Below are positions 35,533-48,300 of a stretch of 64,000 nt of DNA, one piece after another (positions within the stretch are counted from its first letter, which is position 1; each line of letters opens with the position of its first letter). Source of the stretch: Macrostomum lignano (Eukaryota); the NCBI GenBank assembly GCA_002269645.1, contig NIVC01002815.1:25673-89672 (forward strand), written 5' to 3'. The notes under the pieces were generated by a model. That model was not told where the DNA came from. It saw only the letters and a program-made list of their open reading frames with translations, and ran no database searches. A program made the position numbers and the translations under genes.

Positions 35533-36178
35533 ATCAAGGAATCGTAAAGGACATTGTGCTACAAATAATAATATTGACACTCGTAAAGACAAATAAATTT
35601 ATAAGCAATCCATATAATCTTATCTCTCCTATTGAACTGTCCATGCTCAATTCTCCTAAACCCTCGCATTAACTCGCTCGAGTCGGCAGTCTTCGAAGAG
35701 ATCTATTACTCTAAATTATAAAATCACATAGCCATAAACTTTTTGCAATAGCCTCAGACATGAGTTGCGCCCGGAGCGCCTCTGAATGGCTGAAAAGCTG
35801 AGAGAAGATCGGAGAGGGAGAGAAGAGGGGCAGCCACTCAGGCGTTACAGTCCTGCCATTTCTATCTTTATCTGTCGAAGAAGTCAGACGGAGAAAGTAT
35901 AATAATAAGCCCAAGCAATGCGCAGACGAACAAGGGGCCGCAGAAAAAGGAAAGGACGCGCAGAGACCATTGGCCCAGAAGTTGATGGGCTTAGCTAATC
36001 AAATTACGACGTCTCCACTTTTGAAAGAAATTTCTCCTCATTAATTTATAGACGCGAAAGCCACCAAGCAGAGGATAAAGACCGCTTCTTAAGCCTGAGA
36101 AGAAGAGAACAAAACAGCCTCTTCTTACAGCAGCCAAGTGCAGCAGCAGAAAGCTTGGCTTCCAAAATTTCGATCGAA

Positions 36179-39100
36179 ATGAAAGCTTTTAGTGTTCGGT
36201 TGTTGTTGTTGTTGCTGCTTCTGCTGGCAGTATGGGAAAGCAGGGCATGCTACCTAAATTTGGCGATGAGCGGCAGCGGTAGCAGAGGCAGCGGCGTCTC
36301 AAAAAGTATCGAAGATTTGGCAGAGTCTTCTCCGATTGTGCTCACTGGACATGTGCTCAATACAACCGCGAGTGGCTCAGGCAGTGGCTCAAGGAGAAGC
36401 TACTCAGCCGAAATTCAAGTGCTCGAGGTGCTGAAGGGTAATGGATTGTTGCCCCTTAGCAACCGAAGCGCCTTTGATGATACCAATGATCACACAGTGG
36501 TGATTGACGAATACGGAGATCCAGTTAGCTGCTTGAGCGAAGTTTTTCAAGATGACTGGTTGATATTTTTCCTGTCAAAGTCGGGCTCCAGGCTCATGGC
36601 TTTTTATGCCAGACCATCTGCCGCGACAGCCCAGTTGACAGAATCGAATTTGGCAAGAGCTGCGACGGCCTTGGGTGAGCGATTCCGAGATCACTGCTTT
36701 ATTGCACAGTTGAAGCAAAGACTATATGTTAACTATAACTCATTATAGACTGCTGAGCGACATTTTACCCTTCATTAATGAGCTCAGTAAGAAAAAAACA
36801 TGGGAATTTTCTCCCCCACAATTCAGGCTGGTTCAGCTGGTCAAGTTGGACGGCCTGCAGCGGCAGCTGCGGCCTCGCTGGCATCAGACAGAGAGTCAGA
36901 AATTGCGCCGGACCGCCTTGCGACTACGGGGACGCCAAACAGACTCGTCAGTGCAATAGGTGGCCTTGCGAAGGTGAGAATTCCGCTCCGTTTGGACTCA
37001 CCGATTACAGGAATAAAGAGAAAATGTTTTACAGTAAAGACATTCTAAATGCAAACCTTGTTTTTAAAACCTCTAACAGGTAACCTTTGTTGCCATTGAT
37101 ATGGGAATCTAATATGGAGTTCGTCGGAGGGAATTTCCGGACCATGTTTCTCTAAACAGAAAATTTCATTATTCTACAGCAGGGGTCTTCAAACTCCGGC
37201 CCTTGGGCCACATGCGGCTGGCAAAGCGTCTCTGGTCCTTTGAAACTGCACGGATAACAATCCGCTGCCATCATAAGGCTTGTGTCTCTATCCGTGCTCA
37301 TCTCAGATCTCAGATCTCAGAATCTCAGCTTTCCAGTAAAGTCGCCTCTTTTCGCTTTTCTTCTCTCTCCCCTGCTATTCTTCTTTCCTCTCTCCTCTTC
37401 TCTCCGCTCCTCTTCTCTCTTCAGTACTCAGTCCTCCTTTTCTCTCATCTCTCTTCTCTAATCTTCTCTCCTTTCTTTCCTATATTCTCTTCTATTTAAT
37501 ATCTCGTCTCGTCTCGTCTCCTCTCATTTATTCTCTCGCCTCTCCTTTCTCCTTTCTCTCCTCTCTCTTCTTTATTCCTTCTCTGTCTGGCCAACAGTCA
37601 TGCTCTGGGTTTTCGATCTGGTCCTTGAGGTTAAAAAGTTTGCCGACCCAAAGCTCTACAGTATTGGGTTTCCAGCCTATATGCTCGCAGCTGTTGGAAA
37701 GAAAAAGTATATAATATAGCTCGCATAGTTACAAATACAATACAATATATTGTAATATTTAATACATGTTCAAAGGACAAAAGTCTAGCTCCACGCAAAA
37801 TTCTAAAAAATTAAAATTCTGAAAATTTTCTTTCAACTTTCGGTATTCCCACAAAAATTGGGCAGTCAACATTAAAAAATTAAATTCCAAAATTCAAACA
37901 AAAAACCGCCTTGAAGACCAAGATATCAAGCACCCATGCCTCCATGGGCTGAAACAGATTTTTAATTTATTAAGAGCCAAAGACATTTGGCCTTCAGGAC
38001 GTCCATATTGTCTTATTTTAAACAGAAAAACCAAACTCAACCTTTTCGTTGGATTTGCCTGTAGAAAAAGGTTTTATAGGTAACCTGCTGGTTGTTGTGT
38101 TTGCTGTACGCTCGTAGTGGTTCCTTTCAGAGTCAAAGTCGGACCACTGCATTCCTATACTCAAAACTGAAAATGAGACAAAAATGTAGAACTGAATTGA
38201 AGAAACAATCTGTTCTACTGCATATAAAATTCGTAGCATATTAACTTTAATTTTTATTTTGACAGCTTAATTAAATTTGTCAATGGCAGCAATAGAAAAG
38301 TGAAGGTTTAAAATTCTGGATTTTCAGCCATGCGACCAGTTAAGACAGAAGTTCTCGGTGAACAGCTGAATGCTAAAAATACAAGCAATGAGTCAATTGC
38401 CATTCCAATCGATAATCAACGCATCGAAAAATTCTCCAAGGAGACGGCTCTGGCATTGATGATATCTCCGATTTTGTCTGGTATTCGAGTCGCCATGGAA
38501 ACTGTTGCTGAAGATCACGTCTCAGTCCTCACCATGACGTCTGCCTCGAGCATGTGGAGAGATATTTCAACGGCTCCATCAGTTGCAATTTATTTGCGAA
38601 TAATTGCAAATGAAAGCGAAGGCAGCTTTGCTGAATTCTCAATCGAATGCCTGTCCTCTGGTAGCGTGCCAGTTCCCGGTGCTGGTTCGAAGTTCATTTT
38701 GACACCTAGAAAGGTACGTTTTAAACGATAACTGGTTTGCATATACTAATGAGAGTTGAATACAAAATAACAAATAAGCAAAATAACTGCAGGCTCTTCT
38801 AAGTGCGAATTTTGTGCCATGGTCCGAGGCAACAGACTGTTCCGAGGAACAAAAAGTGGTAGGTCATCGATTTGAATTCTTGCGTTTTGACAGAGAAAAA
38901 TATTATAATTGAAGTTCCAATATGCATTTGCAGGGGCATGAAAGGAGTACATGTATGCCTGTATTTATTAACAGCTTCGATATTTAATTTATCTTGACAA
39001 TCAGCTGTCTCGTTGCAATGACAGTTTCTAATGCAGAATAAACGTTAATAACGGGGGGGGGGCGCAGCCTGCGGTCTAACGCGGCGCGCTCCTATGTGCT

Positions 39101-42100
39101 AGCGGCCTGGGCTGGGTTTCATGTTCAGTCACATTAATTTGGGGCTTGGGTCTGCTCGTGCTAATACCGCCCTTGAGGGCCAACCATCAAGGCACAGTGA
39201 AGTGTACATACCTAAGGATAAAATACCTAAGGTTAGGGCCGCTGTACACTCCTGTGTGAGTGTGCCTGTGCGTATGACTGGCGTACGTACGTAAACGGTA
39301 CTATCATCTCCTGGAAATTTCCAATCCAGAATTCAAGTGCACCCTATGCCACAGTTTAGATTAGCAGACCATAAATTGGCCTGCGAAACAATGAGGACTG
39401 CGAGACCAAAGATCGCTTTCGAGAATAGGACCTGCCCAAAGTGCCATATGAAAGTGAAGTTCACGTCCCGTTGAAGTGTAGTTGGAACGTTTATAATGCT
39501 CCCCGTGATAAATTCGTTTGAAGAACACACAGTGCTTTCGACTTTCAGCAGTCTCTTGAAAAAATCAAACTAACGATCACCTATCTTGCTAATCAACCCC
39601 CAAGGGACAGAGTTCACATGCCTAAAGATGAGAATTTCAGGGCACTGTACACTCAGTGTGAGCGTTGTGTGACCTGCGTGCGCCTTTGTGGGCATGAGCG
39701 GATGCTCAGGGATGAGAAAAATGGGCATAAATTTTTGATCTCCTTGCTGGCTGCCTGTCGAATGTCGTCTTGTTTTTTGCGTAGTGCCCAAAGCGAAGCG
39801 AAATAATTGAGCCTGAACTGTCTCGTTAAACAGACTCCGCCTCAACCTACTGGACCGCCTGGAGCTCCTGCAGCGCCACCTGCGGCGAAGGCATTCGCAG
39901 CCGCACACTCTTTGTGCCGTGGCAACTCACCAGCCGACAGCTGCCATCCTGCCGGGTCCCGCCCGCCAGTCGAGTCGCCGACCCTGTCCCAGCCTGCCGC
40001 TATGCAATCCTGACCACAGCGCCGGATCTGCCGCCGGTTGCAGCTTCCTGTCTCAACGGCGATTCTGCTACAAATCTCGCTGCATCTGCCCCATCTTCGT
40101 ACACCGGTGACCGCTGCCAGACGGTCCTGTCAGAGCAGCCGGTGCCACACGCAGCCGAAACTTCCATTACGACGGCTTCTCCTCCGAGGCGTCGATGGAA
40201 ATTCGACTGCCGGCGTCGGGCGTACGGTAGGGGACGCCGTAGGCGCAAAGCGCAACTGTTTGCCGCAACGGGAGTCTGCGACCCGCGCACTGGCGTGACT
40301 GGTCGCTGTCCGATGGGTTGGTCCGGGCGTCGATGTCGGAAGCCGTTGTGCCGACCGCAGTGCCGAAACGGTGGAGCTTGCGTCGGCCCAAACCTGTGTG
40401 CATGCGCTGCCGGATTTTCGGGCACCCAGTGCCAGACAGGTTGGTCCGCCTCTGGCTACTTTCTAGATGAACTTTTTGCATCTTAAAGTCGAATTTGAAA
40501 GATCCTCATTCATGGAAAATGCCTAGTTAGTATTGAGCGTCTTTACCGCTGTCATTGCGCGACGCATACGAGAGCTGTGTAGAATTTGCTCAGTCGCAAC
40601 TCTATCTGCATTTCTACCGAGCTCTCGTATGTCTCGTGTGCGTGCGTCAGAGAACTATCATAGAACTGGAACTCTTCATAGTTTATCCCTCGCATACGTT
40701 GGCTGCTTTGAGGGGTGACACAAGCGGCTTCTGTGTTGCGTACTTACCGCATCCAACTTTGCTTACATTCCAATTGCGGGCGTCGAATGCCTAATATAGC
40801 ATGTATTAAATAAGATTTATTTATTTTTATTTTAAGAATAAGACTTTTTTCAGACTGCAGTTCACATGCCACTTTCACCCGCTTCAGCGGACTGCTACCC
40901 ACCCTGCGTGAACGGCGGCACCTGCATTCGCCCCGGCAAATGCTCCTGCCCACCTGGCTATCGCGGTCGGTTCTGTCATCGGGTTCGCTGCCACCGCAGC
41001 CTCTGCTTGAACGGTGGGCGCTGTATCGAATCCGACGGTCTCTGCAGGTGTCGGGCTGGCTTTTACGGAGCCAGATGTGAACGACGGTGAGTGGCGACCG
41101 GATGAGCTTATGTGGGCTGGAATGGAGTGGAGTGGATTGGTGCGGATTGGTGCGGAGTGGAATTGAATTGAGGGGAATAGAGTGGAGGAAAGGGGGAGGA
41201 TTGGAGGAGAGGGGAAGGATTGGAGTAGAGGGGAAGGATTGGAGGAGAGGGGAAGGATTGGAGGAGAGGGGAAGGACTGGAGGAGAGGGGAGAGAATTGG
41301 AGGAGAGGGGAAGGATTGGAGGAGAGGGGAAGGATTGGAGGAGAGGGGAGAGGATTGGAGGAGAGGGGAGAGGATTGGAGGAGAGGGGAGAGGATTGGAG
41401 GAGAGGGAAAGGATTGGAGGAGAGGGGAGAGGATTGGAGGAGAGGGAAAGGATTGGAGGAGAGGGGAAGGATTGGAGGAGAGGGGAAGGATTGGAGGAGA
41501 GGGGAAGGATCGGAGGAGAGGGGAAGGATTGGAGTAGAGGGGAAGGATCGGAGGAGAGGGGAAGGATCGGAGGAGAGGGGAAGGATTGGAGGAGAGGGGA
41601 AGGATTGGAGGAGAGGGGAAGGATTGGAGGAGAGGGGAGAGGATTGGAGGAGAGGGGAAGGATTGGAGGAGAGGGGAAGGATTGGAGGAGAGGGGAGGGG
41701 AGGGGAGTGGAGTGAAATGGAATTAAATAAAAAAGAGAGGACTGGACTGGATTATTGGAGTGAAGGGGTAGGAAAGGGAAGCGGTGGAGTAGAGAGAAGT
41801 GAAGTGGAATGGAGGGGAGAAGACTGGATTGGAGTGGAGGGATGGGAAGAGAATGGAAAGGAGAGAGAGGAGCGGACTGAACTGGATTGAATTGGAGTGG
41901 GTGGAGTAGAATGGAGATTCGCGTGTATTGGTGCTGCATATATTACAGTGGATAGTGTTGCATTAGTCTAGACAAAATAATTGCTGAGTTGGGTGAAGTG
42001 GAGGTAAGTTAAATAAAAAATTGAATGGAAAATGAGAAATGGCTTGAGTTAGATGTGAAATCTATTAAGCTTCAGCGGACCCGTGAGGCTAAACTTTGTC

Positions 42101-42315
42101 TTGACACAATCAACAACAATCGTGACTTCTCCAGAAACTGCACTCCGGAGCTGAGCTACCGAAAGACCTACAGGCCGGTGGTGAAGCGACTTCGCAAGCC
42201 CACGGTGCAGCCCTGCTCGCCCGGCTCAAAGCGCTACTGCCTGCTGAACAGCCTCTCAAAAGTTGTTGTTTTTAAAATCATACTCAGACCGTATTTCACC
42301 TGCTCGTCCACTTAA
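36179..42315 (+). CDS. Secreted mosaic protein: signal peptide-NtA(agrin-like)-TSP1-unknown-CUB-like-TSP1-5xEGF-EMI-like (~778 aa; contains apparent indels and one stop)
   Basis: Exons 36179-36674, 36827-36973, 38328-38713, 38793-38858 (tentative), 39429-39657, 39834-40439, 40861-41086 and 42135-42315 are phase-compatible. NtA-like PIVLTGHV..YSAEIQVLEVLKG..GDPVSC; TSP1 WSSWTACSGSCG and WTAWSSCSATCGEG; EGF CRNGGACVGPNLCAC. An in-frame TGA lies at 39519 and local frameshifts affect the first two EGFs. Confidence 0.72.
37180..37653. mobile_element. hAT-type MITE with CT-rich interior
   Basis: Left TIR CAGGGGTC and degenerate right end GACCCAAAG. Flanks TTCTACAG and CTCTACAG match at 7 of 8 positions (8-bp TSD). 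Same family as 54081-54306. Confidence 0.75.
39060..39280 (+). mobile_element. SINE-like element, family B
   Basis: Shares CAAGGCACAG..AGTGTACAT and GCTGTACACTCCTGTGTGAGTGTG with the other two copies. Confidence 0.5.
41185..41710. repeat. Purine-rich 19-bp minisatellite (GGATTGGAGGAGAGGGGAA)n, intronic
   Basis: Visible tandem units flanked by degenerate GGAGT/GGAAT repeats. Confidence 0.95.
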
Positions 42316-43275
42316 ATAGTTTATGGATTACAAAATCCTTATTCAGAACTACTCGATCTTTTAGTATACAAGTTTTTGTTTTGTAAAGCTAACTAAGAAG
42401 TCCCACATAAAAATCTCCAGATTTTGCTATTTTACTTGCTTGAGCATATAAAATGTTTTTCCTCGGTTCGCAGAATTTTATGGTTAAAATTAGCCAGGCA
42501 GGTTGATCGAATCAAGTCATATTTCGGCACTAAGACAAACAAGCATTGTTTGTATACCTAAAGCACATTAAGATACGTATGGTACTACTATCTGACCAAA
42601 GGACCTCATATTTCATCAATACATTTTACCGTTTTCTCCGTTTTAATTTAGTGTTTGTCAACCAGCTCTTAGCTCGTATTCACTTCTTGCCGTCAATTTA
42701 CCCTGAGCTTTACTTTAAGTAGCCAATGTGGTATACAATTAATAAATATGACAGCGAAGTAACTAATGAATATATGCAATTAAACTTGATCACAATCATT
42801 ATTACATAATTTGTTTTCCTTGAAAAAATTACGCGTACTTTACAATATTTTATGTGCGCAGATAATGGAATCATAAAAACTTTTGCATCGCGTCATTATT
42901 GGTTGAAATTTGAATTTTAACTTATTGGACGCCATTACATGCTTAGGAACATGGGACCTAATCTAACTTGTGGTACATCAGGCTAATTCCCATAGTTAAA
43001 TCACAGAGCAAGAGTCCACTAAAGGATTGGGAGTTTGCTCACTGAATGCTATTGTAACATAAGCAAGGTAAAAATGATTGTGCATCAAGCTGCTGAAAAA
43101 ATAAACTTTCCATATGAACAAAACTTAGATTCAGTCATTTACGAGGTACTATGAGAGCAAAGATTTTCTAGCTGTCTATAAAGAAGTGGAGCAATATATT
43201 ACAAGCGCCGAAGTTTCTTATAAAATTGTGTAATGAATTAATGTCCAAAGTTTCAAGCTGAACAGTCTTGTACTT

Positions 43276-44718
43276 TTACAATCGAAACAGCAGCAATTCA
43301 TGAGCGGCCGCATCGCAAACTGCCAGAATCCGACCATCACCAGTTCCACAGCAGCAAACGGCTGTTGGATAACGCAACGAGATTCGAGACACAGGGCGCA
43401 TCTGTTTGTCGAACAATCGAACGCTGTTCTCGCTTGCTACCGCAAGCCACACGCTGTCCCGGCACTGGCTTCTGGCGACCACTTCAGTCGCGTCTGCCGC
43501 GTAGAACAGCCCACCGGGCCCGAAGCAATCTGCCTCGGCCCACTCGTGTCCAACTCGGCGACTTGTTTGGCTCACCAGCTTTAGCTGACCCCCATGACGA
43601 AGCCAAAGTAATCTTGGCGTGGCATGGAGAGCCCACGACTCCTGCGGTAGCTGCAATCGTTGCAAAACTCGCAGGCTGGTTCGATCCAGCAGAACAACCA
43701 CCTGAGGAACGTGCCTGGTAGTAGATGCTTTGGACCCGCCGTGGAACACTACAATATATTTCGAATCTGCTTCTATTCGAGCATCTTCTTCGTAGCATCG
43801 ATCTTTGTCAAGTTCTGAGGCTTCGTCACTGGATGGGTCCGGTGAGTTTGGTTGCTCAGTGCCGTGAAAAAAATCTTTGAGCTCTGCCGACTGCAGGCAG
43901 GCACCATCTAAGCCACACTGTCTGACACAAAGCCGTCTTTGAGTAGCTGTCAGCATGAAGAGTTGCGGAGCAGCCGGACAAGCTGTTATTCGGAGAGGCC
44001 TTTCGTTCAGTTTGCTACCTCCAGTGTGAGACATCAGCAGAAAACGCTTCGAGTACTTATGTTGGGCCGGGTGTGGGCAGAAAGCAATCCTACCAGTGCA
44101 AACACTTCGTCGACGGGACTCCCTAGGAGTCATCAAGACGGCCACACAGGAGCCTGGCAAGGGCCGGGGCTCAATGCGGGTCGTTGATGCACTAGTCTCA
44201 AAAATGCTTCCTCCAGCATCGCTTTCGTAGCCCTCAGTGCATTCTACGTGACAGGCTGATATGGCAACGAAGCCGTCAACTGCTGACTGGACCAGAGAGA
44301 CTCGCGCCACCAGTTTCGATTCAGGCATTTTGCTATCTGACAGAGCTGCAGCTCCAACTGAATCTCGCAGGCCATCCGTCAAGTGACTTTTTAAATGCTC
44401 AGTCCAGTTCAGCAGAAGTCTCTGCTGATTTGGCGAGATCGATGATGATGATGCAAGACATCGAATTTCTCTTACCCGCGATCTCGCCTGTGAAAGAGCG
44501 GCTTCCGCTGCATCCAGCACTGCTCCATCGATACTGAATATCTGCGCGGTGGGTGCCTCCCCAGCCACTGGAGACTCATCGGAGACATCGTCTTTGTCTT
44601 TCATCTCATTTGCCTTCAACATTAAATACGAATTGAGATATTTTGCTGCAGATCTTGTAAAATACTTATAGTCAGTCTCGTATAACGCTTCTCTCGCCTT
44701 AATTTGAAATCTTAGCAA
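43276..44718 (-). CDS. Intronless ~450-480 aa hypothetical protein, possible C-terminal NHL/beta-propeller-like region
   Basis: A 1443-nt open frame with GC-rich coding-like composition in AT-rich flanks. The C-terminus VAVASENSVRLFD..PTAVCCCGTGDGRILAVCD resembles NHL blades. The start codon is uncertain (first ATG at MLKANEMKD). Confidence 0.6.
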   Translation of the reverse strand: MLRFQIKAREALYETDYKYFTRSAAKYLNSYLMLKANEMKDKDDVSDESPVAGEAPTAQIFSIDGAVLDAAEAALSQARSRVREIRCLASSSSISPNQQRLLLNWTEHLKSHLTDGLRDSVGAAALSDSKMPESKLVARVSLVQSAVDGFVAISACHVECTEGYESDAGGSIFETSASTTRIEPRPLPGSCVAVLMTPRESRRRSVCTGRIAFCPHPAQHKYSKRFLLMSHTGGSKLNERPLRITACPAAPQLFMLTATQRRLCVRQCGLDGACLQSAELKDFFHGTEQPNSPDPSSDEASELDKDRCYEEDARIEADSKYIVVFHGGSKASTTRHVPQVVVLLDRTSLRVLQRLQLPQESWALHATPRLLWLRHGGQLKLVSQTSRRVGHEWAEADCFGPGGLFYAADATEVVARSQCRDSVWLAVASENSVRLFDKQMRPVSRISLRYPTAVCCCGTGDGRILAVCDAAAHELLLFRL

Positions 44719-45304
44719 CGCTTTTTGTCAGCGAGTGCGTGAAGTATATTCTGCCTCTATGCTATCTTCTGTTCGCTTGCGTGCGTACAACTGGCTGTAC
44801 ATGTATGTACAGCAGGCAGCGTACCTTTTGGCGCTTTGCATAGAATAGTGACAGAGGGACTAAATTTGTGCACTCTGTTTTTCTTTCTTTCTCTCATACT
44901 CCTACATCTATCTGCTTCTCCGGGCTTCTTTGGGTCACTAAAGTTGATGCAATTTTGCACGTACGCACGATAATGAATTTTTGGTTTGAGCTTTGCACTC
45001 GTGAAAACATGAAAGTCTTAGACTAATATCATATACGATCGAATTTAATGTTTTATACTTGACTGTGCATTTACTTGAAACTTTATAAACAACAATACTG
45101 TGTTAAAATCAGAAAACAACCCCATAGTATCGTAGCGTGTTAACTATATTTTAAGTACAAAGGGAGAAAGTTTTGCTGCTTATGAAGAAAACTTTGGTCC
45201 ACGTTTTCCATAAAAATTCCCTAGCAACACAGCGGTCAGCGATAACACTAGCAATATCCCTCCAAGCTTTAGTTGTTCACCAAACAGTAGCTCGACTGAC
45301 TGCA

Positions 45305-48300
45305 CTACCGATAAATTAATTTGTTCATTAGTTCCAATCCTTTCATAACATTTTCCGTCTCGCCTTCAAACGACATCGCAGTGTAAAGTTCGCTCATAGT
45401 CAGCTTGAACATCTGCCGGTCCACTGCCGTAGTGTATAGGGTCACTTCGCGGTCGTCTTCGTTGAACTGCAAAGAATGAGATTTTTCCATGATTTGGGTA
45501 TATTGATTTAGTATCCGCCCAACTGATCCAGATCCAGGAAATCTTAATAATATATCCAACAACAGTCAAAAGTTCCACCCACCAAGCAATGATATTTTTA
45601 TTCACCATTTTACTGTGCATTCTAGATGAACCATAAACAACATTCAGTGGGGGAAACTCGTTTAAAAAAAGTTTGTTCCCAGATAGAAGCAAAAGAGTTT
45701 TATAAAAAATTAATTAATTGCAAAGCTTACTTTGAAAAATTCGTATCTCGCAAATTCATTTTGCAGAAAGAAATACAGTAAAAATCATGAAATTTGCGAG
45801 TTTAGACTTCTTCTATTATAGTTGTCCATGAGCAATTTATGACAGGATGGTTGGTGGAATCGAATCGAATCGAAACGTTAAATCGATATATTTTAGTGCA
45901 CTAAAATACACATTTATATAAAAAGCAAACCCGCTTAGTAGCACCTCAGCACTAGAGGACCACACCAGCCTGGCGTAGTCCTCAAAAAGCTCGCAGTACT
46001 CGGTCAGTAAGCCAAACAGCGCCACCCGATAGTCCATGACGGCGTCCAGGTAGGCGCAGTGAACGCAGCGGCATTTCACGTAGCCGAATGGGTCCAGCAA
46101 TGTGGCCAATATCGGGCGACGCAGCGGGGCAACCTGATTGACAGTAAATGGGAAGGTGGAATCCTGAGAAGTACAGCTGCAAAATTGGTTAAATCCAGTC
46201 CGTAATGATTCTTTCAGCAACGACCACGCATATTCACGACACGATCATGAATAAAGCATACATACACAGGTAAAGCAGCAGGGCCCTGCACTTGAAAATC
46301 GATGGATTTTCTCTGGAAGCCAGTCTCCGCTGCAAAATTTGCCAGATAGGAATTAGATAGTTTTTTTTCTACTAAGTTGATAATGCCTCAGCTTCTGAAG
46401 ATTCGAATTTAAAATAAAGCATGTGTTTTGCCCTATTTTGATTTAAAGGTTTGTCATCATCCTACTTATTTTAGAAATTCCACCTGAGACTGGCAAACAA
46501 TCATCTGCATTTTTGTGTCATTATCTGGACGTACTTTTGGTGGGTTTTGTCGATGGTAACACAAAAATTTTAAAGAAATGTTACATTTATTGAACCTTAG
46601 AGGACTATAATAAACTGTATTTTGCAATTGCGGGTCTTCAAAAAATTGTTCCCTCATTTAGATCACATGCGAATCAAAGTACAATCAAACACATTCGTTT
46701 CTTCTCGTACTTTCCATGCATGCATACGAGAAGCAGCTCAAGACTAAATGATGATGTACTACTCTAAACATAGTAAGCACCAGATATTTGGCTCATTCGA
46801 CTAATTGTGTAATCAAGTAAATTATTTAAATCGTTCACAGCTAATATTGTAATTGCAGTCATTAGGTTTTATCAAAGCTCGTGGATTTGATATGATTTGA
46901 ATCCCCATAGAATTAAAAAACTATGGGCCAAACCGGATCAACGGGCAGTCGCGCCTTCTCAGCCAGGTGTTCCTCCCGTTCCAATTTAGTCAGACGCCAC
47001 AGACGTTCGGCATGATTGTGCGGCTCCGACGGTTTAGCGTTGAGCACGAACGTGCGCCAGTAAGACTTCACCCTGGCCTCGCAGTTGCGACGCTTCGGAT
47101 CGGCGAACAGATCGGTGTAGCATGCGTGAAGCAGCTCGTACTCTTCGTAAGCCATCCACAGCACTCTTAACGTTTTGTAGGGTGGAGTGTTGAATAAAGA
47201 ATGATTCATTAGTGTTATTTGCATACAAAATTTTTAGGTCCTAACAAGGACCAGAAGGGAGCGATGTCACGGAATCTTTTAATTAATTATTAATGATTAA
47301 TTATCGCAAATTTAATTATTTATTATATGCGAGCAATATGTTCTCTGCTTACGCCCAAAAGTACAGGACTTCAGTCTACTTCTCAGACTCTGTATCCAAG
47401 GTGTTAGAACCCGGTAAGTTTTAAGCGTTTTATGTTTCTGTTGTACTTTGGCCAAATGAACAAGATGCGAGAAGCGATTGCAGGGTAGAAAAAGTCACAA
47501 AGGCTTGGAAGGCCGGCTTGCAACTGCATTCGGATCGGACATCGCATTCGGCACTGGGTGTCGCTGTCCCCACGCCAGTTGCGAGTCGACCTGCACCTGC
47601 GTGCTGGCTGCATCCAGCTGTTTTGCGCTTAGCCAACGACTCACCCATATGAAGCACTAGCGTGGGCAGCTGGAGAAAGTGCCAAGCGGGGACACGCTGG
47701 TGGTGCTCTGAGACCTAAACGCATTATTTGTGGAATCACGAACGCTCGGCCTTTGTCACCGGACGCGAGAACGCCAACCTAGATGCTCTAAAGAACCTGC
47801 GCCTCAATAAACAGCTCTACTGACCTAAAGGAGCTGCCACGACGCTACTACTGCGCTCTGCTGGACTACCACACGAACAGTTTGCAGGCGCCTTCGCGAT
47901 CAACGCGAGGCGGAGTACTCAGACATCAGCATGAGAGCCGCTGTTAAACAGACGGTCCCGCTATTTCGATTGGCGCGGCAAAAGCATGTCTATCTAGCAG
48001 AGCGATTCCACCATCAGGCAGACGTGATTCAACACGGAGCACCTCACGAAAAACCGATGGCCCACGGGCAACGCTGAGGAAGCTTTTGCACGCCTTGAAC
48101 TAGCGGCAGCTGGACGCTGTCGACGACGACGCGCCGGTCCATCACTGAAGCAGACCGGCGTTACGGGCCGTGCAGTGTGGACTTTGAGTAGGCGCAAAAA
48201 GCGCTGACCATTGGCTTCTCGCACTACCGGAAACGCTGAACCACACCCAGGACGTGGTGCGGTTCGCTCGTAGAACACCATGTGGCAAGACGCTAGGGAG

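Noticed and set aside
40884-41939. 351-aa, 267-aa and 177-aa repetitive ORFs
   Set aside because: They are by-products of the stop-free 19-bp purine minisatellite inside an intron.
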